Shown here: piece after piece, positions 15,916-22,786 of the stretch
How the letters are laid out: each line of letters begins with the position of its first letter
How positions within the stretch are numbered: position 1 is the first letter of the stretch
The notes under the pieces: generated by a model
The model's input: only the letters and a program-made list of their open reading frames with translations
What the model was told of the DNA's origin: nothing
The model's database searches: none
Translations under genes and position numbers: made by a program
Source: Deltaproteobacteria bacterium
GTDB taxonomy: Bacteria > Desulfobacterota > Syntrophia > Syntrophales > Smithellaceae
Length of the DNA stretch: 49,908 bases
Assembly: GCA_022711575.1 (NCBI GenBank)
Contig: JAKLES010000002.1
Span: 1-49,908 of the forward strand
Direction of reading: 5' to 3'

Positions 15916-16293
15916 ATGAAAGCTTATAAGATTGTAAAAGTTGATTCTGATGGAACATATAAAAGTTGTTTAGGTTTTACTGACCTAAAGTGTTGTGTAG
16001 AATATAAAGTTGGTGAGCCAGTATATCCAAAGATTGGAAAACTTTTTGTGTTTAAGAAGAAAGCAGATGCAATTAGGTTTAGTAAAAGTTTCTGGAATCT
16101 TAATAAAAGCTTTAAACTATTTTCTTGCCTAGCAACGGAAGCAAAGAAACAAACTGAGATATCGTATGTTGTAAGTGATAATTGTGTAAAAAGTTTTTGG
16201 GATTTTACACTGCCAGATTATGATATAGATGAAGCCCCGAAAGGGACTTATTGTTGCTCAAGTGTAACATTAGTGAAAGAAAGAAAACTATGA
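15916..16293 (+). CDS. Hypothetical protein, apparent distant paralogue of 14380-14811
   Basis: 125 aa beginning MKAYKIVKVDSDGTYKSC. It shows the same ordered landmarks as the 143-aa ORF. Confidence 0.5.
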   Translation: MKAYKIVKVDSDGTYKSCLGFTDLKCCVEYKVGEPVYPKIGKLFVFKKKADAIRFSKSFWNLNKSFKLFSCLATEAKKQTEISYVVSDNCVKSFWDFTLPDYDIDEAPKGTYCCSSVTLVKERKL

Positions 16294-17555
16294 AATACTT
16301 CGTAATCACAACAAATGTAGAGTTGCACTTAAAAGAAATCATAACCCTAGGACTAACAACCAAGAAAGATACAGATAAGATTGGACACAAAGGAACAGGT
16401 TTTAAGTTCACACTAGCTTATTTACATAGGCTAGGAAGTTGTTTGCATACTAGGGATAACTTACTTGATGAAAGTTATACTTCTTTTAGTAAAGAAGAAA
16501 CAATTAAAGGACAAATACATAGTTTCTTATACTTAATATCCTCAAAAGGAGTAGAAACTCCATTAAATATAACCACACATCTTGGAGAAGATACTTGGAA
16601 TAAGCCTTGGTTTATTCTCAGGGAACTTATCCAAAACGCACTAGATGAAGGAGGAAAGTATTTTATTTCCGATAACTTCTATGAAGGAGAGGAAAGAACA
16701 ATAGTTCAAATACCACTAACCTCTGAACTTGAGAAAGCCTACGAGGAAATAGATAACTGGTTTACTACAAAACTTGTTGGAGTTTACAAAGATGGTCCTC
16801 CTGGAATTTTCTATAAAGGTTTTAGAGTAACAGAAAAGGAGGGATTTTCTATCCAGTGGGTGATGGATATAAATAGAGATTATCTTTCTGAAGATAGAGT
16901 CCTGAAGACTGGATTATATAATTTGTCTTTCTACAAGTTTGGAAACTCCAAAGAACTAGCAGAGATATTATTAGCTAATTCTTCTAATGAATATTCTGAT
17001 GATCTTAAAGCTGCCATAGATCAAGTGCAATATCATTCCACATTTCAAGAAAACTTAGCATCTTTATTAGATGAAAATTGTGTTTATGTTAATCAAGTTT
17101 CAGAAACTTTATTACATGACATAAAAGCAAAAGGAAAAAAGCCTACAATTGCAAATAGTTCTTTTGTTAATATGTTAGAAAGATTTAATCTATATAATAA
17201 ATTTACTATTGCCTCTTTAGATTTATCAAAATCTTGGGAAGAAGTAGAACTTAGTAAAGAACAAAAACATGTGTTTGCAAAAGCTTTAAGAATAACGTCA
17301 AAAATCCGTCCAACAGATTGTAAGGTTTTAGTAGCTAAGAAACTTAATGAGAATGAAAACTGGTCTGGACTTGCAGATTTAAAATCAAATCAAATAGTCA
17401 TCCGCAATAGTATTGTTGGTAATCTTGAGTTGTTAGTAAAAGTTTTAGTTCACGAATATATTCATATTAGATCACGAGCAAGTGATTGTTCAGAAGACTA
17501 TGAGGAAGAAGCGGTTAGGATTATTAGCAAGTTACTATTAGGTTGTGACCTATAG
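16290..17555 (+). CDS. Large accessory protein with a GHKL-like N-box motif and a C-terminal HExxH motif
   Basis: RELIQNALDEGG resembles the ExxxNxxD N-box of GHKL/MORC/Hsp90-type ATPases. IGHKGTGFKF is a Gly-rich loop, but it precedes the N-box, which is atypical order. VLVHEYIHIRS is a zincin-like HExxH. The start is taken at the ATG at 16290, which forms an ATGA overlap with the previous stop. Confidence 0.45.
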   Translation: MKYFVITTNVELHLKEIITLGLTTKKDTDKIGHKGTGFKFTLAYLHRLGSCLHTRDNLLDESYTSFSKEETIKGQIHSFLYLISSKGVETPLNITTHLGEDTWNKPWFILRELIQNALDEGGKYFISDNFYEGEERTIVQIPLTSELEKAYEEIDNWFTTKLVGVYKDGPPGIFYKGFRVTEKEGFSIQWVMDINRDYLSEDRVLKTGLYNLSFYKFGNSKELAEILLANSSNEYSDDLKAAIDQVQYHSTFQENLASLLDENCVYVNQVSETLLHDIKAKGKKPTIANSSFVNMLERFNLYNKFTIASLDLSKSWEEVELSKEQKHVFAKALRITSKIRPTDCKVLVAKKLNENENWSGLADLKSNQIVIRNSIVGNLELLVKVLVHEYIHIRSRASDCSEDYEEEAVRIISKLLLGCDL

Positions 17556-17564
17556 CAAAAGTCC

Positions 17565-17582
17565 CTGGCATGGAAAATGCTT
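17565..17582 (+). promoter_or_regulatory. Sigma-54 type (-24/-12) promoter candidate for the 17649-18101 gene
   Basis: The sequence is CTGGCATGGAAAATGCTT. GG is at 17567-17568 and GC at 17579-17580, 10 nt apart. It is intergenic and about 65 nt upstream of the ATG. Confidence 0.7.
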
Positions 17583-17648
17583 AGTAGTCTTAGTCGTTAG
17601 ACAAAATCCCCTCGGGGACAACCAACAACAATTAAACAAAAAGCACTT

Positions 17649-18101
17649 ATGAGTAATGATATTAAAGTTTTGAGTGAAAAAGACGGAATCCAAGTTCAAG
17701 AGATTGAATTTGCAAAGGGAGAATATGCTGGCTACAAGTTTGCACTTCCTGTTGTCATGACCCTCGCCGCGGCTGTTGCTGCTTATGGCGAGGAAGCAGT
17801 TCTTAATAGCTTTAATGCCAACGCATCTACTGCGATCAGGGCCAAAGTTAAGAGCAAGTTAGTGGAATCCAAAGATAATCTTCCTGCCAAAGACAACTTA
17901 CTTTACAGTATTGAAGATGCTTTCTCTTGGAAACCAGGCGAACGTGAAATGTCTGTTGCAGCTATCCTCAAGTTGATGAAAAATACTATGAAGGAAGCAG
18001 ATGAAGCTAAGAAGGCTGGCAACAAAGAGATATATCTTGATCTTAAGAACAGGGCTCAAGAACTCTTTATGAAGGCTTCTGAGAAAATGGGACTTGAGTA
18101 G
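17649..18101 (+). CDS. Hypothetical protein in a monocistronic sigma-54-promoter / terminator unit
   Basis: 150-aa ORF, Ala/Lys-rich and helical-looking. It is bracketed by the promoter candidate (17565-17582) and a 12-bp-stem terminator (18121-18162). Confidence 0.6.
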   Translation: MSNDIKVLSEKDGIQVQEIEFAKGEYAGYKFALPVVMTLAAAVAAYGEEAVLNSFNANASTAIRAKVKSKLVESKDNLPAKDNLLYSIEDAFSWKPGEREMSVAAILKLMKNTMKEADEAKKAGNKEIYLDLKNRAQELFMKASEKMGLE

Positions 18102-18120
18102 TAGTTGGTCATTGTGGGTT

Positions 18121-18162
18121 CTAGGAGTAGGGTTTTGTGATTTCCCTACTCCTAGTTTTTTT
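18121..18162 (+). terminator. Strong intrinsic terminator
   Basis: CTAGGAGTAGGG (18121-18132) pairs with CCCTACTCCTAG (18144-18155) across an 11-nt loop. A T7 run follows. Confidence 0.8.
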
Positions 18163-18203
18163 CTTCTAGTATTTTTATTTATCCTCCTAACAAAAACTTC
18201 TCT

Positions 18204-18725
18204 ATGGGACTTCTTGATGCAGTCAGACCTGTGGATAAACAAGCTTTAGAGAAAGACCTCTATAGCTTAAATAGAATAAGACAGTTTAAACCATTGCTTG
18301 AGAAGATCCTCGCAGATGGAGTTGATTGTTTTATTTCTTCTAAGATTGCAGGTTACAAACCAAGGTCATTGCATGTATATCTAAATGCAGCACTTAAAGA
18401 TTTGTCCACATTTTCCTCCGAGGAACAAAGTCAAAAGTGGCAACTATTTAGAAAGCTTGTAGAATTTAGACCTGCGGAGGATGGAGTATTTGTAATATTT
18501 AAACGTCCTATCTTAATGGACACAGAACTTAGTCCAACTCCTAAAGAACCTGACTATTCTTGGAGAGAAGACTTTACTAAGTTTGTAGAAGATGGGAAGC
18601 AAGGAGAGATTAGGGAATTTACTGGGGTTTTAAATGATGGAGATAAGAAGTTTGTTACAGGAGTTGTAAATGGAATCCAGGGAGAAGTAGAGTTTGGACC
18701 TTTTTCTTTTAAAGTAATTCTATGA
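18204..18725 (+). CDS. Hypothetical protein
   Basis: 173-aa ORF whose stop overlaps the next start (ATGA). Confidence 0.55.
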   Translation: MGLLDAVRPVDKQALEKDLYSLNRIRQFKPLLEKILADGVDCFISSKIAGYKPRSLHVYLNAALKDLSTFSSEEQSQKWQLFRKLVEFRPAEDGVFVIFKRPILMDTELSPTPKEPDYSWREDFTKFVEDGKQGEIREFTGVLNDGDKKFVTGVVNGIQGEVEFGPFSFKVIL

Positions 18726-18916
18726 CAATAGAACAACTTCTAGGACTTCCCTCCGAAGAACTTGCAAAGTTAACAGATGAGGAAATACTTAAAGTATTTG
18801 AACCATGTTTAAAGTTTACAATGCCAAAAGAAGTCAAACATCATGAAACCAAACAGTCAAAAGAAACCCTCCGAGATCAACTACTAGCACTTAAAGCAAT
18901 ACTTGATAATGAATAA
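18722..18916 (+). CDS. Hypothetical protein
   Basis: 64-aa ORF, translationally coupled on both sides. Confidence 0.45.
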   Translation: MTIEQLLGLPSEELAKLTDEEILKVFEPCLKFTMPKEVKHHETKQSKETLRDQLLALKAILDNE

Positions 18917-19775
18917 AAAACTAATCCTCCTAGATGCTTCTAGCATAGCAACATCAAGTTGCATGAGGAAGTGGAAGTTTACAGTTCTTGATGGACTTGT
19001 TCCAGATAGAATTTCTTGGAGTATGGAAGCTGGAACAGCTTTTCACAAAGGACTTAAAGCTTTCTATTCTAAAAAAGACCTACAAGTTTGTCAACAAGAA
19101 GCAGAAGATTACCTTGACAAGTTTCTATGTCCAGATAACACACATATAACTTCTACTTATTTATCATTAGCGTTGCTGGCTTATATAAAGAAGTATCAAA
19201 ACGACATACTCAAACCTTTACAACTAGATGGAGAGTTGTTACTTGAGAAGACTTTTAAGTTTCCATTGTATAGTGATGACAACATAGAGATTGTCCTCGT
19301 GGGAACAATAGATTTTATTGGAGAACTCGGAGGACAACTTCTTATTGTTGATCACAAAACAACATCTTCAACATATAAGAATTCTTTCCTCGCAGGATTT
19401 AGACTTTCTCCTCAGCTTCTAACTTATGACTTTGTAGTTAGGAAGATCCTAAAACTAGGGGATGAAGTTTCTTGTATGATAAATGCAATCTTCTTTTGGA
19501 AAGCGGGAGCACAGTTTGAAAGAAGTGAGATTATTAGCTTTACTAAAGACCTCCGAGATACCTATGAGGAAGAACTCCGTGAGCTTTGTAAGAAGATTGC
19601 CTGTTGTTATGCAGCTAACTACTGGCCAGTAGGTTGTTTTACAGTTTGCAAAGAAGAATATGGTCCTTGCAGATTTCAACCTATCTGTTGTGTTGAACCT
19701 GAGTATCAGCAAAATGTAATAGACATATCTTATACGAAAAGAATCTATAATCCATTGCAATTCCAGAAAGACTAA
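18903..19775 (+). CDS. PD-(D/E)XK nuclease of the Cas4 / RecB-like type with a 4-Cys cluster
   Basis: It shows GTIDFIGE..LLIVDHKTT (D..D-x-K) and SPQLLTYDF (QxxxY). There is one N-terminal Cys (SSCMRKW) and a C-terminal CKEEYGPCRFQPIC, consistent with Fe-S-containing Cas4-like exonucleases. Confidence 0.7.
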   Translation: MIMNKKLILLDASSIATSSCMRKWKFTVLDGLVPDRISWSMEAGTAFHKGLKAFYSKKDLQVCQQEAEDYLDKFLCPDNTHITSTYLSLALLAYIKKYQNDILKPLQLDGELLLEKTFKFPLYSDDNIEIVLVGTIDFIGELGGQLLIVDHKTTSSTYKNSFLAGFRLSPQLLTYDFVVRKILKLGDEVSCMINAIFFWKAGAQFERSEIISFTKDLRDTYEEELRELCKKIACCYAANYWPVGCFTVCKEEYGPCRFQPICCVEPEYQQNVIDISYTKRIYNPLQFQKD

Positions 19776-19779
19776 AATT

Positions 19780-20115
19780 ATGAGTAACCAAGAAAGAATC
19801 AAATCACAGTCTGATATCATATTTATGCACCGAACACTAGACAGCTTCATAACAGAAGCTAAAGGGAAATTCCAAGTTGGTGCTTTTGAACATGGTGGGT
19901 CTATATTTGACCGGGAAACAATTCAAGAAGCAAGAAAAGAGGTAATGGACTTGATGTTCTATCTAGGAACTTTGAAAGAAAAGAAAGAACATCTTATGTT
20001 TGTTGTTGGGGAGCTTGAGAATCAAGTAAGAGGATTTGAAGATTCTGTGGAGTATTTTCCCCATGAGATAAAAGCCTCTGTAAAAGAACTAAAAACTAAA
20101 ATTGAAAACCTCTAA
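19780..20115 (+). CDS. Hypothetical protein
   Basis: 111-aa ORF in the replication / recombination module. Confidence 0.5.
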   Translation: MSNQERIKSQSDIIFMHRTLDSFITEAKGKFQVGAFEHGGSIFDRETIQEARKEVMDLMFYLGTLKEKKEHLMFVVGELENQVRGFEDSVEYFPHEIKASVKELKTKIENL

Positions 20116-20120
20116 AATCT

Positions 20121-20765
20121 GTGCCATCTAAACCTATGATCATGGTCCTCGGCCCCTCGGGGTCGGGAAAGTCAACATCTTACGAACATCTTCCTCGTGA
20201 GACTACAGCAGTTATTGACTTGGAACTTAAAGGATTTCCTTTTAAAGATCCATCATTCTACTCTGTTATTGAATGTCGCAAAGCGGAGGAAGTTACAAGT
20301 GCAGTAGAAAAAGCACTTAAAGATGACAATGTAAAACTTGTTGTTATTGATAGTCTTACAAAGTTTACTGAGTATGTCCTCGCGGAATGTCGAGCATCTT
20401 TTAAAGGTTATGACATTTGGTCCCAATATGCAATTAGGATTAGAAACTTTCTAAATAAAATTCGCAATGACAAGAAACCAGTAATTGTAATTTCTATTGA
20501 TGAGATAGTAAAAATCGAACAACCAGATGGAGGGATAGTTTCTCGCCTCCGGGCTGCGGTTCAAGGTAAAGAACTTGAGGGAAAACTTGAGAAGGAATTT
20601 CTTATTGTTCTCTGCACAGAAGTTGTGGTTGATAGTAAGACTGGAACTCCCTCATATTTATTTAGGACGTTTTCTACTGTTTCTACTGCGAAAGCCCCTC
20701 GCTGGTTAGACCTCCCAGCAACAATGCCGAATGATCTTAAACCTATTATAGATAAGTTGCTTTAA
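20121..20765 (+). CDS. RecA-fold P-loop ATPase (Sak4 / AAA_24-like)
   Basis: Walker A is MVLGPSGSGKST and Walker B is KLVVIDSLT. At about 210 aa, and sitting next to the nuclease, it is typical of phage recombination ATPases. The track start is GTG; an ATG alternative lies at 20136. Confidence 0.65.
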   Translation: MPSKPMIMVLGPSGSGKSTSYEHLPRETTAVIDLELKGFPFKDPSFYSVIECRKAEEVTSAVEKALKDDNVKLVVIDSLTKFTEYVLAECRASFKGYDIWSQYAIRIRNFLNKIRNDKKPVIVISIDEIVKIEQPDGGIVSRLRAAVQGKELEGKLEKEFLIVLCTEVVVDSKTGTPSYLFRTFSTVSTAKAPRWLDLPATMPNDLKPIIDKLL

Positions 20766-20825
20766 AATTTTCTAGTCTTTACAAGACTAGGGAAAACAAA
20801 ACCAAAAACTAAAAAACTAAAAACT

Positions 20826-21365
20826 ATGAGTGATAAACAAGAGTTCGAAGGTAATCAGTATTTTACTGCGGATGGCAAACCCATTGAGCAGGAAGTTGAT
20901 ACCTCCGCGGTGTGCGATCAGCAACTAAACTTTGTGTTCCCTCCGTTTGTAACACCAGTTGTTAGGATCACAAAAGTTGAGGACAAACCCTCGAAGAAGA
21001 TGCGCCCGATGAGGGTGTTTGGATTCGAGATTGTTTCCCCTGAGAAGATCACAGTTGATGGAGTTGAGGTTGTTATTGCAGGTTATAATAACTTGCAAAA
21101 ACACTTTGTGTTGGATGAACCCAAAGTCAACTTGCCACAACTCAAAGCTTTTGAAAAGCTTACAGGAACAGAGAGGACGATCTTCGGCAATGTCGAACAG
21201 CAAGAACAATATGTTGGACTTGAGTTTGTAGTTAAGATTAAGACTGACACAACTCCCTCGTATATTGAGAATCCAGATGGAGAACGAGTTGCAGAACTTG
21301 ACAATGATGGAAATCCTGTTGTTCGTTTTCGTCATTCTGTGGATCAAATCCTCCGAAAAGCCTAA
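20826..21365 (+). CDS. Hypothetical protein, possibly a single-stranded-DNA-binding protein (by position only)
   Basis: 179-aa ORF following the nuclease and ATPase, an arrangement often completed by an SSB. No diagnostic motif was recognised. Confidence 0.35.
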   Translation: MSDKQEFEGNQYFTADGKPIEQEVDTSAVCDQQLNFVFPPFVTPVVRITKVEDKPSKKMRPMRVFGFEIVSPEKITVDGVEVVIAGYNNLQKHFVLDEPKVNLPQLKAFEKLTGTERTIFGNVEQQEQYVGLEFVVKIKTDTTPSYIENPDGERVAELDNDGNPVVRFRHSVDQILRKA

Positions 21366-21371
21366 AAGTAA

Positions 21372-21447
21372 TTTCCTCCTAGAGTAGAAAAGGATTGTTG
21401 TTAACGGTCATGGCAGGCTAACATAACAATCAAACTCTAGGAGGAAA
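21372..21447 (+). other. Long imperfect hairpin (14-bp outer inverted repeat) at the end of the recombination module
   Basis: TTTCCTCCTAGAGT (21372-21385) pairs with ACTCTAGGAGGAAA (21434-21447). The interior is partly self-complementary (gattgttgtta..taacataacaatc). No clean T-run follows. Confidence 0.5.
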
Positions 21448-21493
21448 CTTTATAATGTTCTTATTTTAATCGCTTGGTAAGGACTTATATCGT

Positions 21494-21649
21494 ATGAGCT
21501 TCCCAGTAATTATATTCTGGATAGTTTACATAACCTTAGTAGTTGGGACTACTATAAATTATCTTGGAATAATTTTTATTGGGAAGCTTTTTTTATTTTT
21601 AATATTAGCTTTTATACTAAGAGCATTTTACGAGGAGCTTAAGAGATGA
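21494..21649 (+). CDS. Small two-TM membrane protein (holin-like; 51 aa, below the track cutoff)
   Basis: Read by eye: MSFPVIIFWIVYITLVVGTTINYLGIIFIGKLFLFLILAFILRAFYEELKR. It has two hydrophobic segments and a charged C-terminus. Its stop overlaps the next start (ATGA at 21646). Confidence 0.45.
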   Translation: MSFPVIIFWIVYITLVVGTTINYLGIIFIGKLFLFLILAFILRAFYEELKR

Positions 21650-21849
21650 ATGTCCCACAAACAAAAGCTTATTATGTTGACCCTCTTGGAGTTAAAGTTC
21701 CCATAAGACCAGCACTTAAACATAATCATTTTATTTTTGCAACAGAAGTATTTAGTGGAGAGTTTATAACAATTCATGAAAGTAAAGTAATTTATGAAAA
21801 TAAAAGATTTGATGATAAGAAATTTAACAGCTGCAATAAAATCTTGTGA
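21646..21849 (+). CDS. Hypothetical protein
   Basis: 67-aa ORF, coupled to its neighbours on both sides. Confidence 0.45.
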   Translation: MNVPQTKAYYVDPLGVKVPIRPALKHNHFIFATEVFSGEFITIHESKVIYENKRFDDKKFNSCNKIL

Positions 21850-22295
21850 TGATATTAGGAATGAAAATCCTAATTGTCATATTCCTTCTTCACTTGAGTT
21901 CATTAGAAGTGTCCTCGCAGGAGTCAAAGAACAACTTGAGAAGATTGAACAACTCTCAGCAGAAGAATTTATTTCTAGTTGCAATAGCACTGGTGGAAAC
22001 CGGGAACAACAACAAGTTAGTGGGAAAGCTGGGGGAGAAATCAGCTTGGCAAATACGTCCTTCGACGTGGAAACAGTTTTCAAAGTTACCATTAAACCAC
22101 AGCAGAAATGAAAGCCTCCGAGTTGCAAGATGTTATCTTGATTATATCATCTGCAAAAAGAAAACAACGGATGTTAGAACTCTTGCGATCTACTGGAACG
22201 CAGGACCGTGGTGTAAAAGTGTTAGTAAACAAACTAAAGACTATGCAGAAAGGGTAGAAAATATTTATGGGAGATTATGCGGATATGCAGATTGA
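21846..22295 (+). CDS. Secreted or membrane-anchored lytic transglycosylase (SLT-like)
   Basis: The N-terminal hydrophobic segment is MKILIVIFLLHLSSLEV. VAIALVETGNNNKLVGKLGEKSAWQIRPSTW matches the SLT pattern (catalytic Glu, then G..Q/I..TW). The overlapping ORF 21794-22111 was judged spurious. Confidence 0.6.
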   Translation: MMILGMKILIVIFLLHLSSLEVSSQESKNNLRRLNNSQQKNLFLVAIALVETGNNNKLVGKLGEKSAWQIRPSTWKQFSKLPLNHSRNESLRVARCYLDYIICKKKTTDVRTLAIYWNAGPWCKSVSKQTKDYAERVENIYGRLCGYAD

Positions 22296-22500
22296 GAATG
22301 AATTAATGTCATATTTAGATGACCTTAATAATATTGATTATAATGAACCAGATATTGGTAGTTATACAAGCAAAAAATCCTTAGCAACAAGAACTTGTAA
22401 ATATTGTGGAAAATCACAATTACATTGGGAGGAATTTAAAAATACCTGGAGATTATTTGACTGCCACGGAAAGCTTCATTCATGTTTAAATAAAGGTTAA
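22267..22500 (+). CDS. Small protein with a CxxC..H/C zinc-ribbon-like motif
   Basis: 77 aa, with CKYCGK .. CHGKLHSC. Confidence 0.4.
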   Translation: MGDYADMQIENELMSYLDDLNNIDYNEPDIGSYTSKKSLATRTCKYCGKSQLHWEEFKNTWRLFDCHGKLHSCLNKG

Positions 22501-22510
22501 TAATATATCT

Positions 22511-22747
22511 ATGACAACTTATATAAAACAATGCATTAGATGTGAAGGTTATGGTTATGTGACGTTTGCTAATGAGCAGGGAGGAATTGAGACAGCAAAA
22601 TGTGTTGATTGTAATGGACTAGGTGCTACTGAACTTGTTGATTGTCCATTATGCACAACAGAAGATTGTAAGTATTGTGGAGGATCTAAGAGAATAAAGA
22701 AAAGTAAACTGGATGAGTTTATGGCAAACGTAGAAAATGGAAAATAG
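22511..22747 (+). CDS. DnaJ-type zinc-finger protein (CxxCxGxG repeats)
   Basis: 78 aa, with CIRCEGYG, CVDCNGLG, CPLC and CKYCGGSK. Confidence 0.6.
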   Translation: MTTYIKQCIRCEGYGYVTFANEQGGIETAKCVDCNGLGATELVDCPLCTTEDCKYCGGSKRIKKSKLDEFMANVENGK

Positions 22748-22786
22748 CAGATCAGTAATAACCTCAGAAATCAAAGCAACAAAATT

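Noticed and set aside
18181-21360. Interpreting the CCTC(C)G motif as strictly coding-strand or leading-strand specific
   Set aside because: The 18:3 bias holds for the stretch I tallied on the plus arm. In the head genes (4.1-9.3 kb) both orientations are roughly equally frequent, and the extended form CCTCSGAGG is self-complementary. Strand specificity is therefore unproven.
21794-22111. 105-aa ORF overlapping the start of the SLT gene in another frame
   Set aside because: The alternative frame (21846-22295) gives a signal segment plus a recognisable SLT catalytic motif and is coupled to the upstream stop. Both cannot reasonably be real.
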